From: Klebsormidium nitens
Lineage: Eukaryota; Plantae; Klebsormidiophyceae
DNA: 64,000 bases
Assembly (NCBI GenBank): GCA_000708835.1
Contig: DF237354.1
Location: 20,328 to 84,327, forward strand
Reading direction: 5' to 3'
Positions within the stretch are counted from its first letter, which is position 1. Each line of letters starts with the position of its first letter. A program made the position numbers and the translations under genes. The notes below the pieces were generated by a model. That model ran no database searches, was not told where the DNA came from, and saw only the letters and a program-made list of their open reading frames with translations. Shown piece after piece: positions 53,601-64,000 of the stretch.

Positions 53601-56161
53601 TTCACGTGCTCGTATTAGAATTGGAAATCAACGGAATTCATTTTGTTTGGTCTACGAAAAAATGTAGGGACCTGAGAAATCCTGTAGACTGCCATTCTTT
53701 GTTTTGGTGCCTCTGGCTCTGCGACCGACAGCAATCAGATGCTTTATCACGCGAACAAAAGAAGATCCCAGTTGTATTCGTGACTGCCCTTGGTTTACAG
53801 ATTAAAGCATATTCAGTGAAGAATCGAAGTGAAAGGTGGCAATGATGACAGATATCGATCGTTCCCTGGGCTTCCGCCAACTCCGAAATTTGAGATCGGT
53901 CACAGAGCCGCAGCAAGGCAACCGCTCGGAATGCAGCAGATTGCTTTTTTCCGCGGAAAGGGGCGGAAAAGCCGCAAGGCTCTTGGGGCCATCTTCGCGT
54001 TGAATGCTTTTAAGCTGGCCGTACCAGATTGCACCTTGAGGACTTTACAAAAGACTTGCTGGAAGTCTGTATTTGTAATTGCCAGTGACAATCAGAGCTT
54101 CTGACGATGTTTTCGTCACATACGCATCACCTTAATCAGGCCATCATTTCTACTCCGCATAGACTTGCTTCGGCAGGAAATCTCGACGAAAGAGCGCGCT
54201 TTACGAATGGGAGGCCGTTCTTTTGATCTGACTTTAACTTCTCGTGGGCGGTTGGACCAGGGCCGCGGCTTCGCGCGCCTCGCGCGCCTCGCGGCCGCGC
54301 GCCGGCCGCCAGATGGCGAATTCCGTGGGCTACGCACGACCAGTTCCTGACCATCGAACGCTTCGTTCAATCCCCTCTAGTAGCCCAATCATTGAGCGTT
54401 TAAAAGCTGCGAGCAGCTGGATGAAATGTATCGATCGAGCTCTGGATTTGCCGCCCCACCTTTAGCAGCATGTCTTTGATTGGCAGCCTTTCTGAAGTCC
54501 TTCTTGTGAAAAGGCGAATTCCCGTCACCAATTTACAGAGTAGTCTGCTGACGTCAGAATAAGTGGGACCTCTCGACAAGGACAAGGAAACCCTCACTAG
54601 ATTTGAGGAAACTTCCCTCAAGAGTACGTGCCCTTCGTTACATACGCTGATTTTCAGCATTTCCCTTCTGCACTTGCATGTTGTATGTTTCCCCTGATTA
54701 AATACTCTGTCGCGTACTGGTGCCTTCTTACACCTGCTCCGAATCGAACTTCACAGTGGCAATGATGCAAACAAGATCATGAAGGCTGTGCCGATTGTGC
54801 GGCAAGATCTCATCCCAAATGTGACAAGCCACCATTCATACAATCACAATCGCTTTCGCCCCGCGGCAAGCCGCGCGCGCGAAGTGGGCTGTTCAAAAGC
54901 GAAGGACGAGGTATCAGGAAAAACGGAGTGTTCCCCAACCGCGGCCCCTTGGCTGGCGTTGCATGCGCAGTCCGAATCGAAGCGCGCGCACGGCCTTTCT
55001 GCCGCGTGCCGCCGCCGCGCAGTCTGGTTGCGGCCCTGCAGCTCGAAGGCCGTCTCGCCCGCGGCGGCCGCCTCGTTTGGCCGCTCAGGCAAAGGCTGCC
55101 GCGCGCGCGCTTAGAGCTGGCCGGGCGAGATACCAGGGCGGCGGATGTGGTTGGGTAGAAATGTTGCGAGTGGCCGGTGGTGAGAAGCACGGTTGAGACG
55201 CGCGCGCGCAGAGAGCGCGCCAGCCGCGCAGGTGCGCGCATACAACGCGACAAAAGTAGCAATAAGCCGCGGCCAAGTCGAACTTGTGGACTCAACCTAG
55301 TAGAGGCCGAATTGAACGGCCGAATCGACTTTTAAGCGTATCATAAGCTCTATCTGGATGAGGTTGAGGAAAGGAGCTGACAGCGAGACGTCTTCGCTCT
55401 TATCTTCCGAAACGTTTGTCAAGTGCCAGGCAAGCTGACCAAACAGGCGCTTTTCTGGACGACCAGTACCTTATCTCGTTTCTGTCCGACAAAAGCCAAG
55501 ATTGAAATCCCAACAGGCGATGAAGAGGGAATATAGATTTGGGCAATGCGTCTGTCGTGACTGCCCACCATTCTTCCAACGTCGAAGAAGCCTATTCTCA
55601 CCGAGTGCGCGTCGGCCGTCCACCGTATCTTGCGTCAGATTGCGCTACATTCATTAATTGTTCATCACACGGCGCTTCGCGGATGATCGAACCTGTTCTC
55701 CAGGTTCTAATTGCAGGAGTGTTTATTCTTCGTATTGCAGATTGCAATCCACAAAAAAGTTTGGGATTGAACCCGAGTGCTCGCCAGGCAGATCCGGAGG
55801 CTGTGGTAATGATGAGGATTAGCTGATATAACTGGGCGGCTTGTGATTTCACAAACACGCTTTTCTTCCTGAGCCGTTGGCGCTTCCCCGGCTCCGCTTT
55901 TCACAAGAGCAGGTCGGACTGTGAAACTATTCTTGGTCCAAGTGGTACTATTCTGGTTCTGGAAGGTGGTTGTGGTGGTGAAGACGGCCTGTTATTCAAT
56001 GGGATTCGTATGGACAAGCAAGCTAAGGTCTCCAATCCTTACGATTGGGCGATTGTCAAGAACATTTGACACCCATTTAACACTAGATCCCGGCTCTAGA
56101 AGGATTGCCTGAAGCAAGAAATCTCAGCTTGGCGGCGGCACGACACCAGGTCATGCGCTAG
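50620..56161. repeat. Higher-order array copy 4
   Basis: Same module order. It shares with copy 1 the segment 52790-53250 (vs 34100-34500) and the terminal block 55980-56161 (vs 36760-36912). Confidence 0.85.
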
Positions 56162-58513
56162 CTTTATGATCTGGCTCATAATCCAGGTTTTGAGGGTTTC
56201 TGATTCTTGACCTCGCACCTGAAGTACGATGTGCCCGCTTTGATTTCTTGAAGATCGTTTGGGCAATAATGAATGTACTCACAGTGAGTGTGTTGATCGT
56301 TACTCAAGTCCTCGCTGTTGGCGACTGTGAATCTTTGCAGAACATTAAGTTGCTTGGTCAGTATCCTTCGATGTGCACCTGCGGTCATTTACGGAGTCAT
56401 TCCAGTCGTAGCTTTACAGCACTTGAAGTCAACGGCGGAATAACACTCAACGATTGATGGGCGATGGCTGTTTGTCTCCTTTGAAAGTTCCTGCTTTCTT
56501 AAGTACGTCTTTTGGCCTTTTCGCTTAATGTACTACCAGAGGGCGCCGCCTGTATCCAACAGTGCAGCCTGCGATTTCCGTGCGCGCAGCCCAAAAGCCT
56601 AGCACGGGTTTGTGCAGGGAAACGGCGTGTTGCATCACGTTCTCTTTCATTACGCGCTGGCGAAAGGCAACCGCTTGTATCTTGTTCCGTACTCAAAAGA
56701 GCCGCAGCAGGACCTGATTGCTTTTCATGCTCAGGCGCCCCGCTGACGAGAAGGCGACTCGTTTATTCAGTTCTGTATTAACGAGACCCGCATGACAAAG
56801 AAAAGCATGACTTTCAATTGACAGCTTGGACGGTACCGGTTTGATAAACGTGAGAAGATGCACTCCTGTTGAAAGGCACCAGATAGAATGAGCGCTCCAT
56901 TCCCGGAAATTCAAGATACACAATCCTCAACTTCAGGAGCAGGTGGCACATTCGCTCGCATCGCTTGATCCTGACGGAAGTTGACCGCGCGCGCGCGGAG
57001 CCGCGCCCCAAGCTTCCGCCCAGGCCGCTACGCCGCGCGCGCGGAATGCTTCGTCGGACTCCAATCAAGTACAGGTGGACCGCTCCGGCCGCGTTTGAGC
57101 TGAACTCGAAGCCGCGGCGCAGTCTGCCGTATTACAGAAAGAGGCTCATTCAGAACATCCTACGAGCAGTCTAGATACGGGAGCGCGTGACGTTGCAGCG
57201 ATCCAGTTAAGAACGGCTACATCAAGTCCGCAAGCGGCTACGAAATTTGTTGAGAGTGTTGATAATATCGAAGGGTCAGCACTTCGAAACACCAAACCTC
57301 TGTTTTTTAGCCCTAGTAGTAAGGTTTGCATGGACACGCAAATCCCGCTAGCCCGGTGCTGGCAGTGGGGCGGATCGCTTTAGCTAGTGTTGTCCCGGCA
57401 AAGTGGCACCGGGGAGACGGAGAGCTGTGAGGCCAATCTGGATGTGGGCAATGTGCTCGCCCATCAGCTACCTCCTGATCGAGCCCTTTAAAGAGTCATT
57501 TCCCTTCCGTTCAGGAACCTCCGACCGATTTTGAACTGATACTACATTCAGGCGGTCGAGTGACTCGCGCGCCATACTTTATGGGCAAGCACGTGCAGAA
57601 GTGGTCGAAGGTGAAAGATTCATGTCTTTGGCAAAGAGGCTGACGGCGAGGTCTTTAAACTATGGCTATGACGTAGAGGTCCCTTTTCGAGCAAGCCGGT
57701 TGGTGTCTGCTCAGAAACAGCGGTCATGATTCTGACTGCCTCCCGCTCTTACTCATTCCTTCATTGAAACGTAGTCGACGTCTGCGTCAAATGATGTGAG
57801 ATCATCTCTCAACTGCCCAGAACGAAGGCTGTCGAACAAAATTGGCGTCGAATCTCTACGCTGGACATGCCTTCATACCCGACCTTATCTTTTTTCCGGC
57901 CTGCGAACCCCGGACAGATGGTTGAGAAAGCTTTTGAGCATTCAGATTACCCACTGAAGTCTGGATAGGTCATGAAGTCTGGTTCCTGCTCCGTGCGCTG
58001 GAAGTTCCTCAGATCAGCTTTTGAGATGATTTGAGGATTCATGCGACGGCGGTGCTGCGGCCGCCAGCCGCTCTCCGCTTGGAACGGAGCCTTGTGCACG
58101 TGCGCACGGAGGTGCACTTGCCCCGGGCTGCGCCAAAGCCGCCTCCATGAAACCAGCAAGACTGCTTTAGCGAATCAGACGCGGATGCGTCGATTCGGGT
58201 GTCAGTCGCAATCCTGAAGCCATGGGAATGTGACGAGCGTGCCAATTCACACAGGGCCTTCGAAGAAGAAGAAGAAGCTTGCATATTCAATAATTGGTGG
58301 GGTAAGGTAACACCTTTCGTGAGGGAGGACGTCATCATTTGCTCGGAAGTTTGAGCGATTAGCTGGATTGTAACCTTCTAGGATCTTCTAAAGCGCGTGG
58401 TGCCTTTCCTAGGTAGACGTTCTTCTGATCAAAACAACAGCATTCTGTTAGAAGTGCACACTTGTAGTAAGAAGAGCGAAACGTTCCGCTACAATAGTCT
58501 TAGCGGGTTGCAT

Positions 58514-60144
58514 CTATGCAGGATACGGATTTGATGTACCTGTTGACGTCAGGACTATGTTTTTGTCACTGAGTGCACGGCAGCAGCATGATCCCAGCAG
58601 GCCTTGTGTGCATGGTGACCCGGATGTTAAAGACGAAGGAATCGGTGATGACTGCTTGATTGGGCTACCAACCGCAGCGCGCACCTCGGTTGACTGATAA
58701 ACAAACGATGTCCTCTGCACCATGTACATGTTTTGGACACGACATAAGAATGCTACAGATTCAGGCTGCCCTTTAGTATTAGGTCTACACATATGCTCGG
58801 CAAGTAACGATTACGGCATCAGCGCCAGGCGCTCAAAGCATTGGTCAATCTCGTCACCATGTGCCAGCCCGGCGACATGCATGCATATGACGAATGATTG
58901 CATGTCGCCACCGCCGCGCGTCATTTTTATTACACCACCTGACTCAGTGAGGGCAGCAGGCCCCCCGGGGCGCGCCCTTGCACGAAACATGTCCACGCAT
59001 CATATACGATTGTGTATGTAGCCCTCATGCTTGACAAACATGTTTACTCTTTTGCGATCGCCGGAATCGAACTCGCGCATTTGAAATTCGTTGAATGCTA
59101 TCAAAAGATAATGCATGCTACCTCTGAATCTCGCGCGCGTGAAGTACAGGCCACAATGATGGGTCCGGACCCATGGCACTATAGCACATGAGGCTGGGTA
59201 ACTGCGCGCGCGATTATTCTTGGGTAATGTATCATTGCCATGCCGTTGCATGTGTATGCAACGGACTCGACGCAATTGATTGCACAAACGACCGTCCACA
59301 TGCTGTCGGACAGATCATGCACGGGAGCGCGACGGCGCCACTGAATTTCAAAGCCACAACACGCTATTAATCATTGAATCCATTATATCGTCTCCTGTTC
59401 GACAAGATCTGATCGTCCCGAGGCATCGCTGATGCTCAATCTTTCGTGTCGCCAAGTGCATGGCCGTCAAACGCGCATATAGGCTTTTACGGCATGGTTA
59501 TCATATTAGAGAGCATACGTCACCTTGGTCGAAGTGTAGCACCACGTGAGTACTTGGATCGTTTAAGCTGATCATTCTCGGTTGAAACCATTTGAATTGG
59601 TTTCCGTGCGCCATCCGTGCGACGAGTAAATACAACAAGAAATTCGGGACACCCGAAATGTTTATGTTGGACCTTACCTTTGATCCTTCCGGTTTGTCAT
59701 CATCAAACACATTCGCCAGCTTTGCTCCATCGTCATGAAAGACAACGCTGCTGACGCGGATGTAAATGAACGCTGATTTTGACTGTACTGCTGACACTTG
59801 ATCGGAAGCCATCGTTGACGAGACAGAGTTCATGGGCTCCTTAGCCTTGCCTGCAAAAAACAGAGACGCAATAAGGTCGTTAAGTAGACGGACACATTCC
59901 CCTTAAACAGAGCCTGCAAAATGATTTCGACAGCAGCTTCCAAAGTCGAACAGCCAGAACCATTGGGCAGACTTTTAAGCAGCCGGAAGAAGCCACAAGA
60001 TTGTGTAACGCCAACTCGCCGACGTACATTAAATGCACAGACTGCAGTTGCAGATGAAACCGTCTGAAGTATTGGCCAAGAACCCCTTTTGGGCTTGTCT
60101 TCACCAGTGACAGGCGGTGAGGACAGCTGAACCGTGATTTGAAG
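58514..60144 (-). pseudogene. Long decayed intronless ORF, probably transposon-derived; weak Ulp1/C48 peptidase-like motif order
   Basis: One frame runs 59902 to 58514 (463 codons) with only 6 internal stops, all TGA or TAA (compatible with CGA/CAA deamination). A second frame open over 60144-59835 could join it by a frameshift at TTTAAGGGG. The region is strongly CATG-rich. Motifs DSMINSVL, AIVPW, HYLLIAF..FDS, GGGDM..FVIC. Confidence 0.5.
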
Positions 60145-60622
60145 TCACGAAGGCTCTCTTCGATTCATGGAAAGGAAATTGGGCTCTGCGTTTAGCTCAG
60201 GGCTCGACCGAGCAGCTGAGCCCGCGCCCAAAAGCTTGTAAAATACAGAAGCGGGTCAACCACTGATATCTAAGCGCGACGTACCAACTCGTCGCGCCCC
60301 ATATCGAGATAGTCTGAAACGTGTTCGAAAGCGGCTCAAGAGATAAGCGGCCCCGCCTCCACGCAAGAGCTTGCCTCCATCTTTAAAAATGAGAGGGGAT
60401 TTGAAGTTGACAACGTGCCAGTGCCAAAAGCATTCTTCGTCATCACTTCCTACAGGTGATGGATCATTACTTGCACTCTGGCAGACCCTCAAATCTCCGA
60501 CCTTTTTTTCTTCCCAACTGTTCGATGATGCGGACACAAGTTCAATCAGACCGCCGTCTGCCATAAGTGCTGCTCAGCGCACTTTCTGAAAACCAGAACA
60601 GCGGCTCGAAGCTCTGCCTTAC

Positions 60623-63445
60623 TTACTTTTTCTTCTGCTGGTGCCACTTCCGTATCGTCCGGTGCCAGTCCCCCTTGTAGAACTGGACCACGATTCGCAG
60701 CAGCCCGGCCAATAAGCTCTCCACCACTAGCTGTCCAAGGTACGGCTGGGGCAGGCTCGCTGCGTTTAAGTTTTTCAATAACCACCCGTCAAACCCAACT
60801 GGTATCTGCAAACGAGAAGGTGACGGGAGCATCAAAAAGTACTGCACGTAACGTCAGGTGTGCCAAAGGTGACTTTGGAGCCCCAAGCACCAGGATATCG
60901 AGACAACCCCCACACGCTCAGTCCCCATCCCTCTAACCGCACTGCACTTTCAGGTCTCTTGTCTGATCCGTCGTGTGAGGTTCCGCATCGACCGAAATGG
61001 CTGAGCGCTCATCTCCGGTCCTCCGCACCAATGAGAACGCTTTAATCGATCACGTGGTACGAAAAGTACAGACCTGGTACCGATTACAACTAGAAAAGCA
61101 GTGTACAAAGACGTATATGTGCGAAGCTGGTGAGCATACCACTTTTCGGTCGACGCGGAACCTAACGCACCTGGAACTCTCCCCGTTTGATCCCGCAAAG
61201 AACTGTTCGAGCCACGGCGTCCGGCGCAAACGCCTGGTACTGCCCCTCCGAGATGATGCGCGTCAGCTCCGGCTTCGTAAGCTCCTCTGAGCAAGGCCAG
61301 GCGGGACAGAACAACGCTGACGTCAGCACGCTCTGAAGACGTCAGCATGCTCAGAACGTCTCAGCGCAGCTAGCAGAACTCGATGACGCCAGAAGCTCTC
61401 GCTCTACCAAGAATTTGATCATCCCCAAGGTCTGCTCTTTGTTGACGGGCCTTTGATATGCGCCTTTCTGCACTGTCCTCTTTTTCAGAATGCCCACAAG
61501 GCTTTTAAATGGCGCGGAGAGCTGTCCTGCCACATCATCCCTGCCAGCCGACGGAGGCTCGTCGAAAGTGAGTCTTTTCCTAACGGGACTAATTCTAGGT
61601 AACCGTACGATTGGTAAAGCAATAAGCCTGCGGCGCAGGCTTTCTTGAATCCGCTGAACAAAGGTCGAAAGAAGATGTGGAAGGAGCAGAAACAAAGCTT
61701 CTGCAGAAACACAACGCCTGGCAACGATTCTCACCCACGTCGAAGCCGGGCGTGGCTGTGTCTGGAGGGAAGCAGAGCGAAAGGCGGATGCCATACGGCG
61801 CAAGCTCAAACTCCAAGACCTCGGCCAGGCCCTTGAGGGCGCACTTAGCGGACGAGTAAGCGGCATAACCATACACTCCCATCTGCAACCAAGGATACAA
61901 GCTCTTTCAGGACAAAGGTGTCTGGACCTTGAAAGTGTTGTCACGATCTTCCGCAAACAAAGTTATTCGGCTATAAAAGCTGGCGGATGAGATAGACCAG
62001 CCAGCACTTCTGTCGACATGCCTCCATGGTGCTCTCCGAAATCCAACATATCACGGCTGATTCTCAGCAACCTTCGTCTACTTCGACTTTGGCCCTCCCT
62101 AAAGCCACAGGTTGTAGCAACCTCAAAGCACTTTGGAGCAACAACACAGACCTCCAACACCAGCTTGACAGCAAAGAGCTCGTTCATGTCAACTAATCAA
62201 ACCATTCACCTGCGCCGCTTGGGATGAGAAGAGCGCGATGTGCGCCGGCCGCGGTCCCTCCTTGAGGCTCGGCAACGCGGCCTTGACCAGATGCACGGGC
62301 GCCAGCCAGTTGGTGCGCATCAGTCCCTCAATAGTTTTCATGTCCATGTCCTCGAGCGTTCCCGAAGTGCCGAGTCCCACCGCACAGATGAGGAGAGTGA
62401 TTGGTTTGCCTTGAGCGGCGCACGCTTCGCGAACCGCGGTTTGGGCCGACTCCCAGCTAGTTAGGTCTCCGGAGATGGTGACCACCTTGACCGAGGCGGT
62501 TTTGTCCGCCAGAACGTGTTTCTCAATCTGAAAGAGAGAAGGGGAATGGGGTCGATAGGAAAAGAAAGTAGGAGCAGGAGTCTGCGCAGAGGGCTTGTGT
62601 AGAGATGATTCCGCTGGGCTGATGCCAGGAAATTTTTTCCATTTCGAGCTTGCTGCTTTCGGTCCAACAGAAGCTGTCATAAGGAATCAATATGTTTGAG
62701 ATACTCGCAGCTTTCAATCACTTTAGCAAGGGAAATTGTACGCCAGGATACGGTTTTGATAAACTTTGCCAAAGCCAGGATGCGGTTTTAATAAACTTTG
62801 CGAAAACAATCATTGAACATAGCAATGAAACACAGCAACCCCCAGACTATCTGTGAAGGCCCTGAAGCAACTCCCCCCCTGAATCTAGTCAGTTTTTGGT
62901 GTACACACAATACTTGCCTCCAGAAATGGCTATCTCGAGATGACAGAATCTAGAATGCCAAACGAGCTGGAAACATTGCTTTTGTCCCTCCTTCATGGAG
63001 CAATTGTTTGTTCCTTGGATACAGGAATGGCAGACCTGACTACCAACCCTCCGCTCAATAGCAGTGTGAATCTCTCATTTTACGACACACCACCATTTGT
63101 GCTCGCTTGGCGGTTCTGTAGGACGAGGCTGGCTGTCCCCTGTATAAGACCCCTTCTAGCAAGTGTACTGATGGCAAAAAGAAATATCAAGCCCCCCGCT
63201 CTCACCTCCGCTTTTGCCTTGGCCAGTGTGTCCTTGTTGCGCGCAACCACAGATACAGACCCCCCCTCAGCAACCAACAACTTTCCAAGCTCCAGACCTA
63301 TCCCTTGGGAGCCGCCCCCGATGAGAATGTGCCTGCCAGAGAGCTGCAACTTGCTTGGGGACCAAAGCCACGAGAGCAAGAGGAATAGTGCGGCTATCGC
63401 GGCGCACACGCCGAGCGACACACCAATCACAAGTCCATACTCCAT
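60623..63445 (-). CDS. TSC10: 3-ketodihydrosphingosine (3-dehydrosphinganine) reductase, SDR family, ~334 aa
   Basis: Exons 63445-63206, 62527-62210, 61882-61735, 61286-61171, 60805-60623 have GT-AG boundaries that keep the frame. N-terminal TM anchor, GGGSQGIG Rossmann motif, SSQAAQ|MGVYGYAAYSSAK (YxxxK), FPPDTATPGFDV|EELTKPELTRII, C-terminal membrane segment and KKK-stop ER-retrieval-like tail. Confidence 0.93.
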
Positions 63446-64000
63446 TGCTTATTTCCCTTGCTGATTCAAACAGCACCCGAGGAGATCAAAAGGTCCTCTC
63501 AAGCGCCTGGGTGGTCAGCCTTGAGGAGCAGCATTTTGCTTCGAGTTAGAGCAGAGTTCCAAGTGCTGATTTCACAGTTGACTGAGCCGCCATGAGTACG
63601 AAAGTGAGCGGTGAGTGTACACTCAAACAGTGCTACAGCAAATATGAGCAAAGCCTCAGTGTGAAAATGCGCAAGAGTGTGCTTATTGAAACCTTTGAGT
63701 GCATGAGACGATTATATTAGCGTGAGTGCCTGTTTACACCTTTTGAAACGCATTAGGCTCGTTGCGATTCGAGTCTTCCTGCCCTACCAAAATCAAGAAA
63801 ATAGGAGAAGTCTTAGTCAAATCCAAGAAAAGGTGACAATATGTATCCAGTTTTATTGAGTCTCCCTTGCTGTGACATCAATAACCGGCATTTTGAACGG
63901 CAGAATCCTACCCACTGCCTCCATTTTTGACAACCATGACAGCGGCATGACGCTTCTGAAGACACGGCGCTATTAAAGCAATAGCGACTATTAGTGTAAC

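Noticed and set aside
55761-55790. B-box-like GGGTTCAATCCC followed by a T-run on the minus strand (tRNA or SINE)
   Set aside because: No cloverleaf or correctly spaced A box; the homologous sites in other copies only partly keep the motif.
23290-56161. CRISPR-like or hammerhead-ribozyme (retrozyme) interpretation of the recurring short motifs
   Set aside because: The repeats are long, diverged, irregularly spaced and have homologous rather than unique spacers. The recurring CTGATGCC does not fit the hammerhead CTGANGA...GAAA core with closing stems.
60256-60564. 102-aa minus-strand ORF starting ~60 nt after the TSC10 stop
   Set aside because: It lies in the probable 3' UTR, has no recognisable motif and has no clear in-frame or splice link to the pseudo-ORF below it.

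Overview
Eukaryotic nuclear DNA with GT-AG introns and plant-like genes. It looks like a streptophyte alga such as Klebsormidium, but that is an inference from gene and intron style. Four spliced host genes sit at the window ends: a 5'-truncated plant-type macrodomain-HIT-zinc-finger aprataxin (2-2623 +), a type II membrane GT-B fucosyltransferase-like gene (3386-5840 -), an NADPH 2-alkenal reductase (7088-12465 +) and a 3-ketodihydrosphingosine reductase (60623-63445 -). The ~48 kb between them (12.5-60.6 kb) has no intact gene that I can recognise. About 23.3-56.2 kb is a hierarchically organised, decayed tandem array: four simpler ~1.4-1.8 kb units (one shortened to ~0.8 kb), then four ~4.5-5.5 kb higher-order copies. 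It has periodic CGCG-rich cores and a recurring minus-strand protein-like motif (AQ[IL]Y..F[IV]I[AT]T / IIATV). One unit carries a small TG...CA element (28577-28999) with a 5-bp target-site duplication. The element has an 82-nt near-perfect hairpin at its right end, a gap-truncated second copy at its left end, and half of a tRNA; it spans a 200-N assembly gap. At 58.5-60.1 kb there is a long deamination-damaged minus-strand pseudo-ORF with a weak Ulp1/C48-protease-like motif order, ending next to a 10-nt copy of the hairpin element's terminus. All alignments and translations were done by eye; no database searches were run.
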